NCBI RefSeq assembly: GCF_006345805.1
Contig: NW_021833798.1
Span: forward strand, 1 to 55,348
Source: Octopus sinensis
Lineage: Eukaryota
Length of the DNA stretch: 55,348 nucleotides
Direction of reading: 5' to 3'
Shown: positions 1 to 10,891 of the stretch, one piece after another
Layout of the letters: each line of letters begins with the position of its first letter
How positions within the stretch are numbered: the first letter of the stretch is position 1
Made by a program: the position numbers and the translations under genes
The notes under the pieces: generated by a model
Database searches by the model: none
Seen by the model: only the letters and a program-made list of their open reading frames with translations
Told to the model about the DNA's origin: nothing

Positions 1-414
1 GACTGTTGATATATGAAACTATTTTTTCCATTCCAGAATTACGGTTATTTTCAGTTTCTGCATTAGTGAGGTTTCAAATGCTTTACAGATTTTTTTGGAT
101 GGTTTCACTTATTTCTGTCTGTAGGGATATTCCGTTTTCCGGGAATATTTCTTTGCAATGTGATTTGTCGAAATTTGTCCAATAGGAGTGTGAGTTTTGA
201 ATTAATATCTTTCTCTTCATGTAAGATTTTGTCGAGTGTCGAGTTACTTTTTGTTTGACTTTGGGTGGTGGCGTTTTCATTCCCTGCATCGTAGATATAT
301 AACAAAAGAGGGAGTGGTGTTTCTACGCTGGAAAATAATATAGGAAAATGTGTTGTTGAAAATACACTTAAATTTCAAAAACTCGTAAATGTTTAAAATA
401 AATTTATTTACATA

Positions 415-807
415 CTAGCAGTATCGCCCGGCGTTGCTCGGGTTTGTAAGGGAAATAACTATAAAGCATTTTTAGAGAGTTATAGCCAAAAAATAGAAAA
501 AAATGCATTAAAAATGGAAAAAAAATTATGGTAAATTTTTTTTTAAATCGTTGACTCATCGTAGACATTTTTAGAGAGTTACTTCCCTTATATTTAAAAA
601 ATATGCATTAAAATGGAAAAAAATGATGGTAAATTATTTTTAAAATTGTAGACTCATCGTAGACGCGCGCTAATACCCCGAAGGGCTTGATATGAATCAA
701 GACTTGGTTAAACTGCACTGAAAAATGTGGGAGTAGTTAGGAATCTAAATCGGAGTAGACAGACACACAACCTTTCTTTTATATATAAAGACTTTTATAT
801 ATAAAGA
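415..807 (-). mobile_element. Non-autonomous Helitron
   Basis: On the minus strand it starts TC (TCTTTATATATAAAAG) and ends CTAG, with a CCCG-AGCAACGC-CGGG hairpin just before the end; sits between A and T; homologous to five other copies in the window. Confidence 0.8.
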
Positions 808-882
808 TATACCAGACTAGTTTCAACAATATTTTTTGTTTATCACTGGTAAAAGTGTAAAATTAGATAAACATCCTTATAA

Positions 883-985
883 GTTTCAATGTTGACAAAT
901 CAAAATGTTTCAATATCGACAAACTGAAATTTTTCAATATTGCTAATTTAAAATGTTTCAATGTTGATAAATTATCATGTTCAAA
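883..985 (+). repeat. ~24-bp minisatellite, about 4 degenerate copies
   Basis: Repeated GTTTCAAT(G/A)TTGACAAAT..AAAAT units. Confidence 0.7.
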
Positions 986-1117
986 ACAGAAGGTGTAAGT
1001 TTGAAATTAAAACTGTATATCAATTTGTTAGAATGTACAAGGTTAATTAATTTCAGTGGTCGTTGACAAGTCATACTGATAAAAACAAGTGGTATATATG
1101 TAAATATATATGGAAAA

Positions 1118-1350
1118 GGCGGCGAGCTGGCAGAAACGTTAGCACGCCGGGCGAAATGCTTAGCGGTATTTCGTCTGTCGTTACGTTCTGAGTTCAAATT
1201 CCGCCGAGGTCGACTTGGCCTTTCATCCTTTCGGGGTTGATAAATTAAGTACCAGTTACGCACTGGGGTCGATGTAATCGATTTAATACCTATGTCTGTC
1301 CTTGTTTATCCTGTCTATGTTTAGCCCCTTGTGGGTAATAAAGAAATAGG
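1118..1350 (+). mobile_element. SINE family B (GGCGGCGAGCTGGCAGAAACGTTAGC...AAAGAAATAGG)
   Basis: tRNA-like A-box (AGCTGGCAGAA) and B-box (GAGTTCAAATTCC); homologous copies at 8927, 11224, 14636 and 43760-44100. Confidence 0.75.
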
Positions 1351-1414
1351 TTATATATTTATGAGCTTTTGAAATTTAAGTGCATTTTCAACAACATATT
1401 TTCCTATTTTCTTC

Positions 1415-2740
1415 TCTTTTCTCTTTTACTTGTTTCAGTCATTTGACTGCAGCCATGCGGGAGCACCGCCTTTAGTCGAGCAAATCGACCCTGGGACTTA
1501 TTCTTTGTAAGCCCAGTACTTATTCTATCGGCCTCTTTTGCCGAACCGCTAAGTTACGGGGACGTAAACACACCAGCATTGGTTGTGAAGCAATGCTAGG
1601 GGACAAACACAGACACACAAAGACATATATTATATATATATAATATAATATATATATATATATATCATCATCCTCATTTCGTCCGCTTTCCATGCTAGCA
1701 TGGGTTGGACGGTTCAACTGGGGTCTGGGGAGCCCGAAAGCTGCACCAGTCCAGTCAATCTGGCAGTGTTTCTACAGCTGGATGCCCTTCCTAACGCCAA
1801 CCACTCCGAGAGTGTGTGGGTGATTTATGTGCCACCGACACAGGTGCCAGACGAGGCTGGCAACGGCCACGCTCGGATGGTGTTTTTTTATGTGCCACCG
1901 ACACAGGTGCCAGACGAGGCTGGCAGACGGCCACGCTCGGATGGTGTTTTTTATGTGCCACCGACACAGGTCCAACGAGGCTGGCAGACGGCCACACTCG
2001 GATGTGTGTTTTTATGTGCCACCGACACAGGTGCCAGACGAGGCTGGCAGACGGCCACGCTCGGATGGTGTTTTTTTATGTGCCACCGACACAGGTGCCA
2101 GACGAGGCTGGCAGACGGCCACGCTCGGATGGTGTTTTTATGTGCCACCGACACAGGTGCCAGACGAGGCTGGCAGACGGCCACGCTCGGATGGTGTTTT
2201 TTATGTGCCACCGACACAGGTGCCAGACGAGGCTGGCAGACGGCCACGCTCGGATGTGTTTTTATGTGCCACCGACACAGGTGCCAGACGAGGCTGGCAG
2301 ACGGCCACGCTCGGATGGTGTTTTTATGTGCCACCGACACAGGTGCCAGATGAGGCTGGCAAACGGCCACGATCGGATGGTGCTTGTTACGTGCCCACAG
2401 CACGGAGGCCAGTCGATGCGGTACTGGCTACGGCCACGTTCGGATGGTTTTCTTATGTGCCACGTGCCACCGGCACTGGTACCACAAAGATACAAATTCC
2501 ATTGATGTTCATCTATTTTGATTTGTTTTGATTTGATTTGATTTTTTTTTTTTTTATAGCCTGTCGTATATATATATATATATATATATATACGACAGGC
2601 TTCTTTCAGTTTCTGTCTAGCAAATCCACTCACAAGGCATTGGTCGGCCCAGGGCTATAGCAGAAGACACTTGCCCAAGATGCCATACAGTGGGACTGAA
2701 CCTGGAACCATGTGGTTGGTTAGTAAGCTACTTACCACAT
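1415..2740 (-). mobile_element. SINE family A copy split at its central (TA)n by an RTE 3'-end insertion
   Basis: Tail half 1415-1625 and head half ~2580-2740 match SINE A elsewhere; the RTE 3' UTR segment ~1665-2480 lies between them. Confidence 0.75.
1665..2480 (-). mobile_element. RTE LINE 3' UTR or RTE-related SINE with (GAT)n tail, containing an expanded ~62-bp minisatellite
   Basis: CATCATC..GTCCGCTTTCCATGCTAGCATGGGTTGGACGG...GGATGCCCTTCCTAACGCCAACC motif also at 7940-8310, 15788, 23577 and 38134. Unit starts at 1827, 1890, 1953, 2014, 2078, 2140, 2203, 2264, 2326. Confidence 0.7.
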
Positions 2741-2813
2741 TTCCTGCATGGAAACACCACTCCCTCTTTTGCTATATATATATGTATACATATATATAGC
2801 AAAAGTGGGAGTG

Positions 2814-2849
<36 letters not shown>

Positions 2850-3174
2850 TTTTTATAGTTTAATTTTTCTTAAAGAAACACTCAATACCCCTTCTCCCAC
2901 CTCGCCCACCCATCACCTACCAGGTTTCATAAAGCTAAAATCATCCAATCTTTCAATTTTTGCTTCATGTTTAGAATTCTACTGAAATAGTAAACTTAAA
3001 AATGCCAGAAAACCTGACATGCTAGAAACAACAGTTAAACGACCTTATTTCTGAAGAAACTTCCCCGCTTGTAAGTTTTTGAAAGTGGTGAGGTGTTTTC
3101 AGTGCATATAATTATTTTGAAACATCACTATATATTCTGCTTTGTATCCTTTATTATAGTATGGATTTTAATGA

Positions 3175-3341
3175 GCAGGCTGTGTGGTAAGTAGCTTGCT
3201 AACCAACCGCATGGTTCCGGGTTCAGTCCCACTGCGTGGCATCTTGGGCAAGTGTCTTCTGCTATAGCCCTGGGCCGACGAATGCCTTGTGAGTGGATTT
3301 GGTAGACGGAAACTGAAAGAAGCCTGTCGTATATATGTGTA

Positions 3342-3388
<47 letters not shown>

Positions 3389-3600
3389 CTTTGTGTGTCT
3401 GTGTTGTCCCCCTAGCATTGCTTGACAACTGATGCTGGTGTGTTTTACGTCCCCATCACTTAGCAGTTCGGCAAAAGAGACCGATAGAATAAGTACTGGG
3501 CTTACAAAGAATAAGTCCCGGGGTCAAGTTGCTCGACTAAAGGCGGTGCTCCAGCATGGCCGCTGTCAAATGACTGAAACAAGTAAAAGAGTAAAAAGAA
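3175..3600 (+). mobile_element. SINE family A (tRNA-derived head, central (TA)n/(TG)n, GTAAAAGA tail)
   Basis: TGGCTGTGTGGTAA A-box-like and GGGTTCAGTCCC B-box-like head; at least 14 homologous copies in the window. Confidence 0.8.
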
Positions 3601-4154
3601 TATATAAACAACAAAATGTCTGTGTGTGTGTCCTTTATACAAATCCGCAATTTTTCAGTTAGAGGGCTTGCACTTTCTATGGTCATTCAAAACCGTCCAA
3701 GGGTGGTCGTTCACATCTTTACATTTCCTCAGTCACCCCACAAAGCCATTAACAAATCAATAGAAGTGATTATTTTGTGAATTTTCTATCCAAAGCCCAA
3801 TCAAAATGCCCGAAACTTGATACGCCAATTGAATGCCAGCTAGCTGTATGTGATTGGTCGGAGATTTGGACGGTACTCGTGTGTATGTGCACACACACGC
3901 AGCTGTATATGCATGTACTAGCACTATGACCCGGCGTTGCCAGGTCATAGTGCTAGTATTTATTAAAACATACAGGTAATAATAAATTTAAATAGAATTA
4001 CCTTCCACACATCCTTTAAGTTTCAAACTTTGCTATTCACAAATATTTAAAGCTTTCATATCTGTGACCCTCAAAGAATTTTTCTTACCCACCAACCTAT
4101 TATAGAAAATTAAACCTCCTTCTATGCTTACCTTTATTGTATTTTAAATACCAA

Positions 4155-4611
4155 CCACATGGTTCTGGGTTCAGTCCCACTGCGTGGCACCTTGGGCAAG
4201 TGTCTTCTACTATAGCCTCGGGCCGACCAAAGCCTTGTGAGTGGATTTGGTAGACGGAAACTGAAAGAAGCCCGTCATATATATGTATATATATAGATAT
4301 ATGTGTATGTGTGTGTATATGTTTGTGTGTCTGCATGGCACCTTGGGCAAGTGTCTTCTACTATAGCTTTGGGCCGACCAAAGCCTTATGAGTGGATTTG
4401 GTAGATGGAAACTGAAAGAAGCCCGTCGTATATATGTATATATATAGATATATGTGTATGTGTGTGTATATGTTTGTGTGTCTGCATGGCACCTTTGGGC
4501 AAGTGTCTTCTACTATAGCTTTGGGCCGACCAAAGCCTTATGAGTGGATTTGGTAGATGGAAACTGAAAGAAGCCCATAGTATATATGTATATATATATA
4601 AATATATATAT

Positions 4612-4650
<39 letters not shown>

Positions 4651-4716
4651 TAATATATATAATATAATATATATACATATATATATATATATCTATATAT
4701 ATATATATATAATATA

Positions 4717-4751
<35 letters not shown>

Positions 4752-4970
4752 ATATAAGCGTGTGTGTATTTGTACCCCTGGCATTGCTTGACAACCGATG
4801 CTGGTGTGTGTATGTCCCCGTTACTTAGTGGTTCAGCAAAAGAGACCGATAGAATAAGTACTGAGCTTACAAAAAGAATAAGTCCCAGGGTCGATTTGAT
4901 CGACTAAAAAGGCGGTGCTCCAGCATGGCCACAGTCAGATGACTGAAACAAGTAAAAGAGTAAAAGAGAG
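4155..4970 (+). mobile_element. SINE family A with its internal ~150-bp block triplicated
   Basis: GCACCTTGGGCAAGTGTCTTC...GAAAGAAGCCC...TATATG occurs three times head-to-tail before a single tail. Confidence 0.75.
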
Positions 4971-5294
4971 TAAGCGAGGAGAAGTGAAGGAGAAGTTGAA
5001 GAGGTTTTGCATCACACATTATTTTCTCTTTTAAATCTGTATTTTGAAAACTCTCCTTTTGAATCTTCAAACTTTATTTGTCATAAGCTTATTTTTCAAC
5101 CAGTTGGATTTCTATGCATTGTTCCATTCGATGTGTGTGCATGTGCGTATGTGTGTGTGTGTGTGTGTAAACCCATGTAGCAGACATTCTAGTATGTATT
5201 ATTATATATGGTGCAATTCAATATGTGTCACTCCTACTTGTTATTACTAAGTTCTTCCCACAATTTTAAAAATTTCTGAGATAAGTTCTTCACA

Positions 5295-5302
5295 TATAAA
5301 AG
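5295..5302 (+). promoter_or_regulatory. Candidate TATA box for the VWA gene
   Basis: TATAAAAG about 100 nt upstream of the ATG. An upstream non-coding exon is also possible (TTTTATCGCTTCAG near 5374 could be an acceptor). Confidence 0.35.
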
Positions 5303-5398
5303 AGTGAAGTTGAGGATAGGATTCCAAACGACTAGTTCACGATCGCGATCTGCTGCCTGACTTTTATCGCTTCAGAAGAAACGAAAACATTTCCAGCC

Positions 5399-5626
5399 AT
5401 GACCATCGGATATCTTCTGCTTGTGGGCATTTGTCTTGGCATTGCCAGACACGTCTATGCCGTGGATTTGACCCTGAAACCTGGTGAAACCAGTAATGTC
5501 GTCATCGATGCAACCATAAGAAAAATCAGAACAAAATGTATTCTGGCAGAAGATTATTATTTCCTGAGACGGTTGGCAGAGGCCCAGATGGAGTCTATCC
5601 AAGCAAGAACGGGTGGAATATGGAGG
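5399..5626 (+). CDS. Coding exon 1: signal peptide [21 protein letters not shown] plus start of N-terminal domain (VDLTL...FLRRLA...GGIWR)
   Basis: ATG in CAGCCATG context, hydrophobic N-terminus ending V-Y-A, donor GG|GTAAGT at 5627, phase 0. Confidence 0.88.
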
Positions 5627-7452
5627 GTAAGTATCAGATTTGCTAATATACACACAGGCACACACTCACATACAGAGAAGTACACATGCACACACATATA
5701 CATACAAACATATCACGCTTGTTTTGAGTAACTTCCCCAAAATGTCATCAATGGACAACTTCCCTCTGCCATTCAGATAAAGACTGTTTTAGAATAAACT
5801 AGCAGTATCGCCCGGCATTGCTCGGGTTTGTAAGGGAAATAACTATATAAGCATTTTTAGAGATGTAAAGTATAATAGCCATCTCAATATGGCTAACCAC
5901 AAAGGGGGTTGTTACTGTAGCTTTTTACGTTCTGAGATTTAATAATAAATTTTTTAGAGAGTTACTTCCCTTATATATGCCAAAAAATGCACTAAAAATG
6001 GGAAAAATTGATGGTAAATTTTTTTTAAATCGTTGACTCATCGTAGACGTGCGCTAATACCCAGAAGGGCTCGATATGAATCACGACTATAAGATACCCG
6101 GTTTTGGTTAAACTGCACCGCAAAATGTGGGAGTAGTTAGGAATCTAAATCGTAGGAGACAGACAGCACACAACCTCACTTTTATATATAAAGATAACTA
6201 GAATCTCTCTGTTATTGAATACATACATTTAGGAATATTAGTGGAGCATTGTCATCAAAACTTCTGTTAAATGTAAACAAAAAGAGCCCAGATATTGTTG
6301 TTTTGTACCGACCAGAAAAAGTGTGTACCGTCATAGAGGTTAGCTGCCCTGTTAATGTGAATATCTCTTTGAAAATCAAAGAGACAGAAGATAACTATGG
6401 ACAACTGCTGCCTTGAAACCGCCAGCTTCTATATCCAGATTACAAATTCATATTTATATCAATAATAAAAAAAAACAAAATAATGAAATTATTGTATACA
6501 GTGCTCAGGTGCACCACAACTTGTCAGAAAGTGCATATAAAGTATATGCAGTAATGTACAAATGTCTGGAAAGTGAACAGTGTATGAGTCAGATACATGC
6601 TTGTGTGTGTATGGAGGAGAGAAAATCAGGTGTAGTGTTGGCGAACCTCAGAAAGCATGGAAGCTTTGAAGGATGCAGTGCTCCGACAACTAACAACTGA
6701 TGCCGGCAGTTTGTTCCATGCTTCAGCAACTCTTAGCGTGAAAAAATGTTTCCGACAGTCATGGGAGCTGTGCTGTTTTCTGACTTTGTAAATATGTCCA
6801 TGGGTGTTAGACGGGTGGAGTTTGAAAAGGTACTCAGAGAAATAATTGGTGCCCTTAATTTTTGAGTAAATGCTGAAGTGACAATGTTTATAAGCTGGGT
6901 TTTTTAGAAAAAGAAATCAAACAACTAACTTGTACATTACAAAGACTATCTGTAAGTGGAACAATAAAAATACGCAAGACTTTTCTCAAGTATTAAAACG
7001 TGACATTATTTTCGTTTTCTATATTCCGACGATGGAGCTTAGTATCTTTGTTAGAAACCAGCTCTTTCCTTGCAGAAGGTTTCAAATAATTACAAACAGA
7101 AGAGAACACACACACACACACACACACACAACACATCCATATATATACAGATATTAGTTCCTGATGTGTTTCCAGATGAAAGATATATTGGGTGTGTGTG
7201 TTTTTGTGTTTCTGCATGGACATGTGTGTGTGTGCGTGTATAAATATATAAATCATATCTATATATCTATATATAATCATATCTATATAGGCGCAGGAGT
7301 GGCTGTGTGGTAAGTAGCTTGTTTACCAACCAGTCCCACTGCATGGCACCTTGGGCAAGTGTCTTCTACTATAGCCTCGGGCCGATCAAAGCCTTGTGAG
7401 TGGATTTGGTAGACGGAAACTGAAAGAAGCCTGTCGTATATATGTGTATATA

Positions 7453-7504
<52 letters not shown>

Positions 7505-9879
7505 GTGTGTGTATGTTTGTGTGTCTGTGTTTGTCCCCTTAGCATTCCTTGACAACCGATGCTGGTGTGTTTATGTCCCCATCACTTAGCAGTTCGGAAA
7601 AAAGAGACCGATAGAATAAGTACTGGGCTTACAAAGAATAAGTCCCGGAGTCAAGTTGCTCGATTAAAGGCGGTGCTCCAGCATGGCCACAGTCAATTGA
7701 CTGAAACAAGTAAAAGAGAGTAATATTTAAGTGAACAAGTATCCTGTCTTTTCTCCTTACTAAAACATTCGTCTTTGCTAAGTTTATTCGAAGACCTCTC
7801 AAGTCTATACTTAGAATTTCCTCTTTAATTCGCCTGTTGATCTATGAGAACTAAGCCATCAGCATATAGGGATCCCAGTGGATAACCTATCTTACACTCC
7901 TCTGTGATGCTCTGTAGGATTATGAGAAAAGCATGTAAAAAGCACCATCCAAACATGGCTGATGCCAGCACCATATCGACTGGCTTCTGTGCCGGTGGCA
8001 CGTAAAAAGTACCATCCGAACGTGGCCGATGCCAGCGCTGCCTTGACTGGCTTCCGTGCCTGTGGCATGTTAAAAGCACCAACCAATCGTGGCCGCTGCC
8101 ATACTCCCCTGGCACCTGTGCCGGTGGCACATAAAAAGCACCCACTACTCTTGCGGTGTGGTTGGCATTAGGAAGGGCATCCAGCTGTAGAAACACTGCC
8201 AGATCAGACTGGGCCTGGCGCAGCCTTCTGGCTTCTCAGACCCCAGTAAAACCGTCCAACCCATGCTAGCATGGAAAACGGACGTTAAACGATGATGATG
8301 ATGATGATACGACGGTTTCTTTCAGTTTCCATCTACCAAATCCACTCACAAGGCTTTGGTCGGCCCGAGGCTATAGTAGAAGTATGTGGTTGGTAAACAA
8401 GCTACTTACCACACAGCCACTCCTGCGCCTCTAGTTAATTTTAGCTAATTCTTGTTTATTTTCAGATCATTAAAATGGAATGTCAAGTTAAGAAAAACAA
8501 GCATTTTTGACACCTCCTTCTTTTTGCTTTTAATCAAGGTTCTAAGGCCATAAAATGCTAGGGGGACAAACACAGACACACACACATATATATATACATA
8601 TATACGACAGGCTTCTTTCAGTTTCCGTCTACCAAATCCACTCACAAAGCATTGGTCAGCCCAGGGCTATAGCAGAAGGCACTTGCCCAAGATGCCATGC
8701 AGTGGGACTGAACCCGGAACCATGTGGTTGGTAAGCAAGCTACTTACCACACAGCCACTCCTGCGCCTTCGTGATCTTTATACCTTGATCCAATGGTTTG
8801 ATTCTTCTATGGTTTGCTCTTTCGAAGGCATCTGTTTTGTCTTTGTTGCACTTTACAAAGATACTGCTGCGTCAATCATTGAGTGTTACATCTTCTGTTA
8901 TAAGTTGGGTAATAATGCTTTTGTCTGAAACTGGCAGAAACGTTAGCACGCCGGGCTCGTCTGCCGTTACGTTCTGAGTTCAAATTCGGCCGAGGTCAAC
9001 TTTGCCTATCATCCTTTCGGGGTCGATAAATTAAGGACCTGTTACACACTGGAGTCGATGTAATTGACTTAATCCGTTTGTCTGTCCTTGTTTTTTGTCT
9101 GCCGTTACGTTCTGAGTTCAAATTTGGCCGAGGTCGACTTTTCCCTTCCATCCTTTCGGGGTCGATAAATTAAGGACCTGTTACTCACTGGGGTCGATGT
9201 AATCGACTTAACCCGTTTGTCTGTCATTGTTTGTCCCCTCTGTGTTTAGCCCCTTGTGGGAAGTAAAGAAGTAGGTATAAGTTGGGTAATAATGCTTTTG
9301 TCTTTTATTTCTGTAGGTAACCAAAGCCCAACTGACAACTGTCAAAGATGCTTGCAAAGGTACACTGGGACCAAGCTGTAGTAAAGTCCAAACAGAGTTG
9401 AACGTTGCTGTATCAACCGTAACATTGTCCGACCTACGAAAACCCCTATATTCTGGACTGGTAATGAGCTTGTTTATCTTAAACTTACAAGCGCCAATCT
9501 CAGTCGATAAACAAGGGCAAGCAGATTACTGGGTCCAGCATATCAACCCAGATGGCGCGAGGGAAGTCTTCGTAGATTCTGCAAAGAAATTAGAACAGAG
9601 GAATGGTAAGTAGAGATGTTGTTTAGAATTGCATGCGAGATATTTGACATGTGAAGACCTGGTGAGGAGGACCGAGCATTGAAGTACAAATAACAAGTTT
9701 ATTCCGGATCGGATCACAGAATGCAGTGTTTTTGACGTCTATATCTAGCATATTGACCGTCCACTTTTAGTGGTCAGTCCTTTAAATTTTGTATGTAAAA
9801 AATATTTTAATCTTCAGATTTTTTTAATATGCTAGGCCACTGGTTTTAATTGATTAATATCAATTTCTACCCTTATTCA

Positions 9880-9943
<64 letters not shown>

Positions 9944-10436
9944 AAGTTTACGAAAAAAACAAAAAACAAAGACAGGTGGTGTACAAAACAAACAGATGTA
10001 TTAGTATAATGCTCAGGAATAGAAAAAGTCTTTTACGTTTCGAGCCTACGCTCTTCTACAGAAAGGTACACAGAAAAAACAAGGAGAGAAAAAAATGTGT
10101 GTAGTGGCTAATGATCAATCATGATCATGTGATCATGTGACTGACCAGACTATCAGATGTTGCTACACATCGCTGGTCACAATAGGTTCGCATTGTTTTA
10201 GCCTTCGAATGATGCCACCCCGCTAGCTAAGTGAGCAAGCCAACAGAAGAAGGAGTGAGAGAAAGTTGTGGCGAAAGAGTACAGCAAGGTTCGCCACCAC
10301 CACCCTGCCGGAGCCTCGTGGAGCTTTAGGTGTTTTCGGTCGATAAACACTCACAACACCCAGTCTGGGAATCGAAACCGCGATCCTACGACTGCGAGTC
10401 CACTGCTCTAACCACTGGACCATTGCGCCTCCACAT

Positions 10437-10520
<84 letters not shown>

Positions 10521-10611
10521 TATAGTATATATATATGTGTGTATATATATATGTATATATATATGTGTGTATATATATATGTGTATATATATATGTGTAT
10601 ATATATATGTG

Positions 10612-10692
<81 letters not shown>

Positions 10693-10720
10693 TATATATA
10701 TGTGTATATATATGTGTATA

Positions 10721-10782
<62 letters not shown>

Positions 10783-10839
10783 TATATATATATATATACA
10801 CATATATATATATATATATATACACATATATATATACAC

Positions 10840-10891
<52 letters not shown>

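Noticed and set aside
83-305. Minus-strand 66-68-aa ORFs as a possible terminal exon
   Set aside because: No recognisable domain, weak acceptor, and no partner exons found on that strand.
1700-2633. 200+ aa repetitive ORFs on both strands
   Set aside because: They arise from the 62-bp minisatellite, with frames shifting at poly-T length variants.
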